From Torpedo marmorata (Eukaryota), in NCBI GenBank assembly GCA_977017645.1, contig OZ360243.1, positions 48,856,001 through 48,920,000 on the forward strand: a DNA stretch of 64,000 nucleotides. Reading direction: 5' to 3'. A model generated the notes under the pieces. The model had not been told where the DNA came from. It ran no database searches and saw nothing but the letters and a program-made list of their open reading frames with translations. Below are positions 11,230 through 22,344 of the stretch, piece after piece. Numbering within the stretch: the first letter of the stretch is position 1; every line of letters starts with the position of its first letter. Position numbers and translations under genes: made by a program.

Positions 11230-14220
11230 TGTTTGTTCCATTCCCACCCAATCCCCACCTCCCCACACTTCCCCTGCCTCTTCACCATCTCTGCACACAC
11301 CTCTCACCCCGACTCTCGCCCCCCCTCTTCCCCACCCCGCCCCCCCTCTTCCCCACCCCACCCCCCTCTTCCCTACCCTGCCCTGCCTCTTCCCTACCCC
11401 GCCTCTGCCACCCTGCCCCGCCTCTCCAGCCCCACCTCTTTCCCCCACCCCGCCTCTTTCCCCGCCCCGCCTCTTTCCCCGCCCCCCTCTTCCCCACCCC
11501 GCCCCCCTCTTCCCCACCCCGTCCCACCTCTGCCCTGCCCTGCCTCTCCCACCCCGCCCCGCCTCTTTCCCCCGCCCCACCTCTTTCCCCGCCCCGCCTG
11601 TTGCCCCGCCTCTTTCCCCGCCCCGCCTCTTTCCCCGCCCCGCCTCTTTCCCTGCCCCGCCTCTTTCCCTGCCCCGCCTCTTTCCCCGCCCCGCCTCTTT
11701 CCCCACCCCGCCTCTTTCCCCGCCCCGCCTCTTTCCCCGCCCCGCCTCTTTCCCCCGACCCGCCTCTTTCCCCCGCCTCTTTCCCCGCCCCGCCTCTTTC
11801 CTCCGCCCCGCCTCTTTCCCCGCCCCGCCTCTTTCCCCGCCCCGCCTCTTTCCCCACCCCGCCTCTTTCCCACGCCCCGCCTCTTTCCCCACGCCCCGCC
11901 TCTTTCCCCCGCCCCGCCTCTCTTCCCCCGCCCCGCCTCTTTCCCCCGCCCCGCCTCTTTCCCCCGCCCCGCCTCTTTCCCCTGCCCCGCCTCTTTCCCC
12001 CGCCCCGCCTCTCTCCCCGCCCCGCCTCTCTCCCCCGCCCCGCCTCTTTTCCCCGCCCCGCCTCTTTCCCCCGCCCCGCCTCTTTCCCCCGCCCCGCCTC
12101 TTTCCCCGCCCCGCCTCTTTCCCCGCCCCGCCTCTTTCCCCGCCCCGCCTCTTTCCCCCGCCCCGCCTCTTTCCCCACCCCGCCTCTTTCCCCCGCCCCG
12201 CCACTTTCCCCGCCCCGCCTCTTTCCCCGCCCCGCCTCTTTCCCCGCCCCGCCTCTTTCCCCGCCCCGCCTCTTTCCCCGCCCCGCCTCTTACCCCCGCC
12301 CCTCCTCTTTCCCCCCGCCCCTCCTCTTTCCCCCCGCCCCGCCTCTTTCTCCCGCCCCGCCTCTCCCCCGTCCCGCCTCTCCCCCGTCCCGCCTCTCCCC
12401 GCCCCGCTTCTTTCCACCGTCCCGCCTCTTTCCACCGTCCCGCCTCTTCCCCGTCCCGCCTCTCCCCCGTCCCGCCTCTCCCCCGTCCTGCCTCTCCCAC
12501 GTCCCGCCTCTCCCCCGTCCCGCCTCTCCCCCGTCCCGCCTCTCCCCCGTCCCGCCTCTCCCCCGCCCCGCCTCTCCCCGCCCCGCCTCTCCCCGCCCCG
12601 CCTCTTTCCCCCGCCCCGCCTCTTTCCCCCGCCCCGCCTCTTTCCCGTCCCGCCTCTCCCCGCCCCGCCTCTTTCCACCACCCCGCCTCTTCCCCGTCCC
12701 GCCTCTCCCCGTCCCGCCTCTTTCCACTGCCCCGCCTCTTCCCCGCCCCGCCTCTTCCCCGCCCCGCCTCTCCCCGCCCCGCCTCTCCCCCGCCCCGCCT
12801 CTCCCCCGCCCCGCCTCTCCCCCGCCCCGCCTCTCCCCCGCCCCGCCTCTTCCCCGCCTTGCCTTTTCCCCCCGCCCCGCCTCTTCCCCCTGCCCCACCA
12901 CTTTCCCTCACCCCGCCTCTTTCCCACCCCGCCCTGCCTCTTCCCCCACCCCATCTCTTCCCCACCCCGTCCCGTCTCTTCCCCACCCCGTCCCACCTCT
13001 TTCCCCTGCCCCGTCTCTTCCCCCATCCCGCCTCTTCCCCGCCCTGCCCCTCCTCTTCCCAACCCCGCCCCGCCTCTTCCCTCGCCCCACCCCGCCTCCC
13101 CCACCCGCCCCGCCTCTTCCCACCTACCCCACCTCTTCCCTGCCTCGCCTCTTCCCACCCGCCCCGCCTCACCCCCCGCCCAGACTCTTCCCCATGCCCC
13201 GCCTCTTTCACCCCCTGCCCCGCCTCTTTCACCCCGCCACGCCTCTCTCCCCGGCCCGCCTCTTTCTCCCCCCTGTCCCGCCTCCCCCAACCGCCCCGCC
13301 TCTTCACCCCGCCCCGCCTCTTCATCCCGCCCTGCCTTTTCACCCCGCCCCGCCTCTTTCTCCCCCTGCCCCGCCTCTTTCTCCCCCTGCCCCGCCTCTT
13401 TCTCCCCTGCCCCGCCTCTTTCTCCCCCTGCCCCGCCTCTTCACCCCGCCCCGCCTCTTCACCCCGCCCCGCCTCTTCACCCCGCCCCGCCTCTTCACCC
13501 CGCCCCGCCTCTTCACCCCGCCCCGCCTCTTCACCCCGCCCCGCCTCTTCACCCCGCGCCGCCTCTTCACCCCGCCCCGCCTCTTCACCCCGCCCCGCCT
13601 CTTCACCCCGCCCCGCCTCTTCACCCCGCCCCGCCTCTTCACCCCGCCCCGCCTCTTCACCCCGCGCCGCCTCTTCACTCCACCCTGCCTCTTCCCCGCC
13701 CCGCCTCTCTCCCACCCCGCCTCTTTCACCCCCCGCCCCGCTTTCACCCCCCGCCCTCCTCTTTGACCCCCGCCCCGCCTCTCTCTCCCCCTCACGCCCC
13801 GGCTCTCTTCCCCCACCCTGCCTCTCTCTCCCCCCTGCCCCGCTTCTTTCTCCCCCCTGCCCCGCCTCTCCCCCCACCCGCCTCCACCCCCGCTCGCCTC
13901 TTTACCCCCACCCCGCCTCTCTCTCCCCGCCCCGCCTCTCTCTCCCCCCGCCCCGCCTCACTCTCCCCGCCTCACTCTCCCTTGCCCCGTCTCTCTCCCC
14001 GCCTCTCCCTCCCCCGCCCCGCCTCTCCCTTCCCCCGCCCCGCCTCTCCCTTCCCCCGCCCCGCCTCTCCCTCCCCCACCCCACCTCTCTCTTCCCCCCA
14101 ACCCGCCTCTTTCCCCGCCCCGCCTCTTTCCCCCGCTCGACTCCCCATCTCTTTCCCCCGCCCGCCTCTTACCCCCGCTCCCCTCCCATCTCTTCCCCGC
14201 CTCTTTTCCTAAACTCCCCC
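11230..14220. repeat. ~3-kb C-rich minisatellite, 16-18-bp unit CCCCGCCCCGCCTCTTT and variants
   Basis: Directly visible; sub-arrays such as (CCCCGCCCCGCCTCTTCA)n at ~13430-13680; accounts for all the P/R/G-rich ORFs in the track. Confidence 0.97.
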
Positions 14221-14894
14221 TACCCCCTCTACCTTTTCCCCATCCCTTCTTCCCCAAGCTCTTGCCCTGCTCCTTTCCAGCTCCTGTTACTTCCATTTCC
14301 TCCCCCTATTCCTTCTCTTGCTTCCTTTCACCCATTTCCATGCCTCTTTCCTCACCACTTTCGTCTCAATCCTTTTGCCTGCTTCATTTTATTCCTTAAT
14401 TTCTTCCTTTCCAATTTCCCCTTGATTTCTAAGACTGAATGTTTGCCTGCTCTCTCTCCCAGTGTCCTGTCTTCCTGCTGTCCTGGGAATGCTACTGTAC
14501 ATATGAGCCCATTTGGAATTTCTGAATTCACATGTGCACTGCACACTGATCTTTATCTGTTTTCTCTGCCAATATTGGATGAAAGCTTCTCTCTAAATTC
14601 AGATTGAAACGAACAGCAGCTGACTTTGAGACACTCCAGAGCTGGGTGGAGTCAGAGATCGTATGGATAAATTAACTGAAACTTCATTAGCAGGGTTGTA
14701 ATCAGGGCTGTCAAATCGTTCAGATCTTTTGATGGCCTCCCATGTATAGAGAGACCCATTCTTCAAAGACATGACTGTGTATTGATGATCTGCTGCATTT
14801 CCTGGTGGACGTTCGACAATTCCGGTTTGAATTTCCAGATTGTAATAACTGACACTCGAAATATCACTCACGTTCTGAATATTTGTCACTGACT

Positions 14895-15330
14895 TATCCT
14901 CAACCAGTGACTGACTCTCTATAAATGATTGCTTGTCAATGATAGACTGTCAGTGAACGACCAGATCTCAATGATTGACTAAATCTGAGTAAGAAAATGA
15001 TCTTGGTGATTATTTACTCACTCAGAGTACAGTGAATGGTCAATGACCTAACCAGTGACTGCCTGACTTTCAGTGATTGATATCAGATAGTGACTGATCA
15101 TCAGAGTATGTCTGACCCTTAGGAAGTATCCAACTCTCAGCAGGTGACTGAGCCTTAGTGACTACCTGATTTCACGAACTTACCAGTGACCCACAGCAAG
15201 TGAGCAAACATCAGTGATTTACTGACCTCGATGATTGACCAACTCTGAGTGAGTAACAGACCCTAACGCAGAGATTGATCTCAATGAGTAACTATTCTCA
15301 GTAACTGACTGACCACAGAGAGTGATTCAT
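14895..15330. repeat. Degenerate ~18-bp periodic repeat (CAGTGACTGAC...CT)
   Basis: Recurring CAGTGA/CAATGA/GAGTGA + CTGAC/TTGAC units. Confidence 0.55.
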
Positions 15331-15575
15331 CGTTAAGTTTCTTCCACTGATGATTGGTATCTTGAACCTGGTGAATGCTAAGTGCTGATTACTAAACTCT
15401 GGGTTGCCATTTCCCTTGGTGGTACTCTTTTGGGAGAGGGTGTTTGAGTGGACATGTTGTAACACTTTTGCAGAGAACTTCCTGGTAATTCACAGATATT
15501 GAGTATGCAGATGGAGTCATGGTACCATTGGCTTTGGTTGCACCATCACTGCGCCAGCCCTATTCGATTTATGAA

Positions 15576-15581
15576 AATAAA
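15576..15581 (+). terminator. Candidate polyadenylation signal of ccdc136
   Basis: First AATAAA I found downstream of the acceptor at 11127, followed by U-rich sequence. Confidence 0.3.
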
Positions 15582-16304
15582 GCCAGTTATCATATTACTT
15601 TCACATTTTCTTCATTTTGAAAACCATGTCCAGTTTATATAATTCAATCTCTGCACCCCCACCCCCACCCCTGTCAGCCTGGTACTCCTTTCTGTATCCT
15701 TTCCATGCCTTTTTGCAATATGTTGACTAGAAAAGTTCACAATTTCTTAACTGGGGTTATACCAATAATCTGTGAAGAAGCAGGAGACCCTGACTACTTT
15801 AGGTCACTATTTAACACATCACAACATCTGATTTACTTTACTCACAACACAGAAATTATCTTCCTGTTATTGTCACCTCGGGCCCCTTAATTTGCTTTCA
15901 TTTTTATGTCCCTTTCCAATTAAGTCTCTTAATATTTTGTTCCATTGTGAAGAAGTTTGCATTTTCTCCAGTGAATGTCACCCATCACTTTTCTGCCCAA
16001 TTCTCCACTATCTTTAGAATTCCTTTAACTTGTCCACATCCATAATCCTCTGTTAAGTTCAAACAGACTGATCTCTAGATCAGTCGTTCAAGACGAGTAT
16101 TAATACAATTTAAGTATCATTGTAGAAGCATTATTCTCAATAATGTATGGAGTATTATTTAAAAATTGCGTACATTAATAGTATACCCAGAATACAATCT
16201 ACTGTGTACTATACCTGAGTGATATATGCATTAATACAAGATGTAGTATAAGCTCTAAAGTGCACAACATGTAAAACCATTTACTGAAACATTATCACCA
16301 ATAA

Positions 16305-17766
16305 CATGAGAACATAGAACAATACAGCACAGTCCAGGCCCTTCGGCCCATGATGTTGTGCCGACCGATTATATACCTACCTAAAAAAAACCAAAAACCT
16401 CCCTATCTCATAACCCTCTAATTTTCTTTCATCCATGTGCCGGTTTAAGAGTCTCTTAAATACCCCTATTGTTCCAGCCTCTGCCACCACCCCTGGCAAT
16501 GCATTCCAGGCACCTATAACTCTGTGTACTAAAAATAAACAAAAACAAAACTTACTCCTGATGTCTCCCCTAAACTTTTCTCCCTTCACTTTGTACAGAT
16601 GTCCTCTGGTGTTTGCTACTCCCGCCCTGGGAAAAAGATACTGGCTATCTACCATATCTATGCCTCGCATAATCTTGTAGACCTCTATTAAGTTACCTCT
16701 AATCCTTCTTCGCTGCAAAGAGAAAAGCCCTAGCTCTGCTAACTTGGCCTCATCAGACATATTTTTCAATCCCGGTAACATCCTGGTAAATCTCCTCTGC
16801 ACCCTCTCCATAGCTTCCACATCCTTCCTTTAATGAGGTGACCAGAAGTGTGGTCTCACCAGAGATTTATAGAGCTGCAACATTACCTCACTACTCCTGA
16901 ACTCAATCTCCCAACTCATGAAGCCCCACATTCCATAGGCCTTCTTAACTATCCTATCAACCTGCGCGGCAGCCTTGAGAGATGTATAGACTTGGACCCC
17001 AAGGTCCCTCTGTTCTTTCACACTGTAAGTATCCACTGTTAACCATGTACTCTGCCTTCGAGTTTGACTTTCCAAAATGCATCACTTCATACTTATCCAG
17101 ATTGAACTCCATCTGCCACTTTTCCGCCCAACTCTGCATCATGTCTATATCCTGTTGTAACCTACGACAACCTTCAACACTATCCACAACACCTCCAACC
17201 TTCATATCATCCGCAAACTTGCTGACCCATCCCTCTATTTCTTCATCCAGGTTATTTATAAAAATCACGAAGAGCAGGGGTCCCAGAACAGATTCCTGCA
17301 GAACTCCTCTAGTCACTGACCTCCAGGCAGAATACCTCCTGTCCATTACTACTCTCTTTCTACAGGCAAGCTAATTCTGAATCCACACAGCCAAAGGACT
17401 TTCTGAATGGGTCTCCCATGGGGGTCCTAGTTAAATGGCTTACTAAAATCCATATACACCACATCTACCACCCTACATTCAATTTCTTTTGTTACCTCCT
17501 CAAAAAACTCAATTAGGCTCGTGAGGTACGACTTTCCCCTCAAAGCAGTGGTGACTATCCCTGAGAAGACTGTACTTCTCTAAATGCTCGTAAATCCTGT
17601 CCTTATAATACTCTCTAATAGTTTGCCCACCACTGTTGTAAGACTTACTGGTCTATAATTCACACAATTCTCCCTATTGCCTTTTTAAACAAGGAGACCA
17701 CATTTGCCATTCTTCAATCCTCCGGCACCTCTCCAGTGGTGAAGGACGACGCAAAGATCATTGCCA
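16305..17766 (-). mobile_element. CR1-clade LINE, 5'-truncated
   Basis: Minus-strand peptides GVLQESVLGPLLFVIFINNLD..VSKFADD and MERVQRRFTRMLPG; 3' end near 16305. Confidence 0.92.
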
Positions 17767-18234
17767 AGTTATATATAAAGTTACATGGGTGGGTGCATTT
17801 TATGTAGAAGCATTATAAGAATACACAGGACATTGCAAGTTTTATATAAATATGTAAAATCTTTTCATTTGAGTTGGCCTGCTGCACCTTGATGACCTGA
17901 GTGAGTATAGATTTTGATTCTGGGAAGCATGGGATACCAGTGGTTGCTGTGGCCTGGGTTCCCTCCTTCTCCTGCAGCAGAACTGGTGATCTACCTGATC
18001 TGTTATCCCATGCACTATTTGAACACTCAAATTGCACTTGCAGAAGTTTTTTTCTGATAATGTTCATATGCAGCACCATCTCCAATGGGAAGAGGAATGC
18101 TCCTGAAACAGCGGCTTGAGTCGTCTCAGAAAAATAAAAGGCTGTCTTAAAGACTGGCAAGGAATAGTGATGCTATCAACCAACAGCTTCACTGGCAGCA
18201 GATTCAGGTATTTTAGTAGTCGGTCATATTTAAA

Positions 18235-18452
18235 TATAGACATGCAGCACAGTAACAGGCTCTTCCGGCCCACGAACACATGCCCCCCAAATACACCAAT
18301 TAACCTATAATCCCCAAGCATTTTTGAAGGGTGGGAGAAAACTAGAGCACCCGGAGGAAACCCACGCAGACACAGGGAGAACGTACAAACTCCTTACAGA
18401 CAGCAATGGATTCGAACGCGGGTCGCTGGTGCTTTAATAGAGTTGCGCTAAC
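18235..18452 (-). mobile_element. V-SINE/HE1-like SINE (duplicated at ~23598-23815)
   Basis: GGGTGGGAGAAACTAGAGCACCCGGAGGAAACCCACGCAGACACAGGGAGAACGTACAAACTCCTTACAGACAG is the reverse complement of the SINE core. Confidence 0.85.
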
Positions 18453-21279
18453 ATTCTTCTCAACTCCTCTCACTATACTGAGACCACTGTATATCTGTAA
18501 ACCTCTACCCTAACACCAGGAACATTTGACACCCAGAAAGTTTTGCTTCATGCAATGATACTAACTTGCTCCTAACCACTTACAGTGATGAGGAAGAGAT
18601 CCTTAACACCAACTGGAAAATGATCAAATCATTTAGTCTTGCAAAAACCCCAAAGCATTTGGTTTCCAATCTATTCTGTTATGTTCCCTGAATCAATCCA
18701 ATGTGATTAAAAGTAGTTGCCTTCGAAAACGCAGTTATGTGGAAGCAAAATGTTATCAAGAGGCCCCTGTAATGAAGCTGGCTTTCAATGTTGGCAGAAT
18801 GTACCCAGGTAATTATTTTGTGAACAGTTAACTTTCTATTTAGGTGCTACCTTGGCCAGGTTGTCATCATATGGAGATACTGTAGGGGTGCGGCTGTCGA
18901 GGGTGGATCTGTGGGGAGGGGTAGACTTTATTACTAGTCAGATGGAAAGCACTTGTTTATCCCTGTTTCCAGCATCCATTCTTGGTGAACAGACCCAATA
19001 ACAGCAATTGCATTATGAAGTTCACTTCCACGTTTACATTTTGACCATCATCTTGACCAGTTAAATTATTTGAAAGCAACTTAAGGCCTGTTAGACACTT
19101 AGGAAGTTGCGCAGGTGATACTCTAGATACTGTTAGTTCCTTTCATGAACAGCCCTTCTGTTCCCAAATGATCAAAACCCCTTAAATTGCCCAGTGACGT
19201 TACATTCACGTGGGAGTTGGCTTGATAGGATGTGAACATCGGGAGAGGAAGGTACCTGATGTGTCTGACACGTGTTTTGTTACTACTCGTCATCGCCTGC
19301 TCTCTGCTCAGTTTGGTTGTGAGTGAGGGGCAAAGCTGACAGAAAGTGGGAGTTTGGGATTGATACAGGATAAATAAAAGAGTTTGACACAGCAATTTGT
19401 TTGGGTTGATAATGGGGTTATGAGAAAAATTATTGGGAATAATTTGTGATAAAGGATGATGGAAAGAGTGAGACAATGTGATGAGCATGGAACTTGTACA
19501 GGATAATGATCAGAGAACGGAGCAGAATTGGTTTGGGATGGATATTGGACCATGCCAAGTGTGAGGCAGTGAGGTTAGCTTTGATGAAGGATTTTGGAGA
19601 AAGAGCAAGACAATGGAATGAGGTTGATTGATACACAATATTTGGGAAAGGGCAGGTCAGATGGATGGTTTGGGGTTGATAGAGGACAGTACGGAGAATG
19701 TGAAGCAGTAGGGTCCATTTCAGATTGATAAAGGGTGATGGAAGGATGGCAGAAGAGAAGGATTAGTTTGGATTTGCTCTAGAAAGCTGACATAGACAAC
19801 TGGCTTCTTGTGCTGTATGTTTCAATGTCTGGATGTGTGATTTGTCAATGCCATGTTTTTTATTCTAATATACCACAGTACCGATATCCCACAGAAATAA
19901 GCAATGGAGGTGCTCAGTTTGTGTTGAAATAACTACGTTTTGAAAGTACTCCGTTTTTGAAAGTTTATAAAATATAGTTCTAAATAAAGGCTGATATTTG
20001 GACCAATGCTTGAGTGTAATACATCAACAAATGCCTGCTTTAATATAGTGTCTTTAATGTAGTAGAACATCCCAAGGCACTTTCCAGGAGCTGTATCAAG
20101 CTGTATTTCATTACAAACTGCTTGAGAAAGAAATCAAATGTCCAAAAAGGTTGTTCAAATAAGGTGTTTTAGGATAGTCTTGGAGAAAAGGTGAGAGGAG
20201 AAAATTTCAGAGATCGTGGTCTCGTAGCTGCAGGAACCACGACTAATAATGGAAAGAAAATTGGAGCTGCACCTGATCATCATTGGAGGAAGGGTGGAGG
20301 GATGATTGATTGTTATTCTTTGCCATCTGATCACTGACTCACCCAGCTGCCAACTATCTCGTAGTTATAAATGTTGTATAACTATTCCTGCGGGTAATTT
20401 TATTGGTATTGTATTTAAGTAAGAAATTATTTCCTTTGTAAAATGGGGGTAAAGCGAGTATTGCATTGAAGACCTGCTTTTGAGAGTCCTTCTTTCTCTT
20501 TACATTGCACACCTTTGTGAATATCACCTGACCCCTTTACTCATTTATTGACACCTGCTCTGGGGGTAGATCAATCTAAAGGAAGATTAGCTGTGTCACT
20601 TTCCTATGTTAACTAGGTACCTAGCTTCAGACCCTTTGGACCAATAATGAAGGATGCTTTAAGTTGCACATATTTCCCTTCATTGCTTTCCTGAGGCCAT
20701 GCTTGCCATAAAGGTGGTTGATAGTAATCTGCTGTTATGCAGGATGTTGCATTGCTTAGAAGGCAACATCACCATCTATCAACATTTTTCTTCGACCCTC
20801 CCAGTCAGAGATGAGGTCCCAGGAAATTATAGGCTTTCATAAAAGAGATGGGGTTCTTGGGAATCCAGGACTTCAGCCCCCACTTCTGTCCAGAGATGTA
20901 GTCGAGAGTAGTGGTGACTCCTCCCTGAATCTCTGGGGAATACTGACCCCACACAAGCCAGAGATCCCACTATCTCATTCCATAGACATAGAACTTCTTG
21001 ATAGTCCAGGCCCTTGAGAGATAGTATTCCTTGAAGAAAACTGGTCCTGAAGAATGGTGGAATCCTTTTCAGCCAAAGTTCTCTCCCAGTCAAGAGGTAT
21101 GATGCTGTCCTAAACATTCAGGAGATGGGATGTGGGGGCATGGGATTTTTGAACCTACTCCTGCTCAGCAGAGATGTAAAGGAGAGTCCTGGGCACTCTT
21201 TTCCCCACCCCTTCAACAGATCATACAGAGATCCATTGTCCTTTCCACACCCTGGAGTTGTGTCCAGCGGAGCCAAGAT

Positions 21280-21715
21280 TCCCTGGAGATGGGACCCGGC
21301 AGATCTCGGGTTTCCCAGTGATGGAACCAGGAGATTTAGGATTCCCCAGTGATGGGAGCCAACTAGGATTCCTCAGAAATGGGACCCATTAGATCTAGGA
21401 TTCCTCAGAGATGGGATCCATTACATCCAGGATTTCCCCAGAGATGGGACCCATCAGATCTAGGGTTTCCCCAGAGATGGGATCCATTAAATCTAGGATT
21501 TCCCCAGAGATGGGACCCATCAGATCTAGGATTTCCCCAGAGATGGGACCCATCAGATTTAGGGCTTACCAGTGATGAAACCAGGAGATCTAGGATTCCT
21601 CAGGGATGGAGCTCTAGCAGACTAATATTTCCGAAATATGGATCCCAGCAGACCCAGGATTTTCATGATGGGATCCCAGCAGACCCAGGATTTCCCAGAT
21701 ATGGGACCCAGCAGG
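21280..21715. repeat. ~33-bp minisatellite GATGGGACCCATCAGATCTAGGATTTCCCCAGA (paralogous array at ~26690-27060)
   Basis: Directly visible; gives the QRWDPSDLGFP repeats in the ORF track. Confidence 0.9.
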
Positions 21716-22344
21716 ACATGATGCTCACCTCCTTGAGATTAGATTGCAATGAGACCCCTTTCTCAAAGGTATGTCTTGAACCTTGCTCCCTCAAAATACA
21801 ACCCTTGACATGCTCGTTTTTCTTGTCTCTAAACCACAACCCTCCCCCGCCCACCACACACAAATGTGGGCACCAGAGTATCCGGTATTAGAAAGTCTAC
21901 ACACCCTGACCGAAGTTGGGGTACAAATGTTCTGTCCCCTAAGCAATGCTCCACTGCCTTCTGCACTTTGTTATCAGATACAATGGCTCTGTTCACATCT
22001 TGTTAGAACTGTGTTGACTGGAATGTATTTTACTTATCAATGTATTAATATTAAACATATTTGAAATTGCTAAATTGATTTTTTTTCTGTCGTGAAGAGA
22101 ACCGAGGATTCATTGCTCCATGATAAGGAAAGAAATTCACGCTAATAATAACAATAGTGTTTGCAATAATTGCAGGAGGTAATAGTACAGATGAGAGGAA
22201 CTATTATACAGGTGATGGTGAGAAATCAGAACAGGTGAGAATGTGAAGTCACCGTCTGCTCTGGGATCTTTGTCCATACAGAACCATTTACTGCCTTGAA
22301 CTTGGAAAAGTTAGTTGGGGCTGACAGGAAATGTGAGTCAGATA

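Larger units (their letters stand above)
16993..22344. repeat. Segmental tandem duplication, copy 1 (~5.35 kb)
   Basis: Colinear and highly similar to 22345-27695; the same ORFs repeat in the track (e.g. 19123/24538, 17813/23176). Confidence 0.95.

Noticed and set aside
11141-14607. Very long Pro-rich and Gly/Arg-rich ORFs (up to 1146 aa) on both strands
   Set aside because: They arise from a stop-free C-rich tandem repeat, open in most frames, with no domain content
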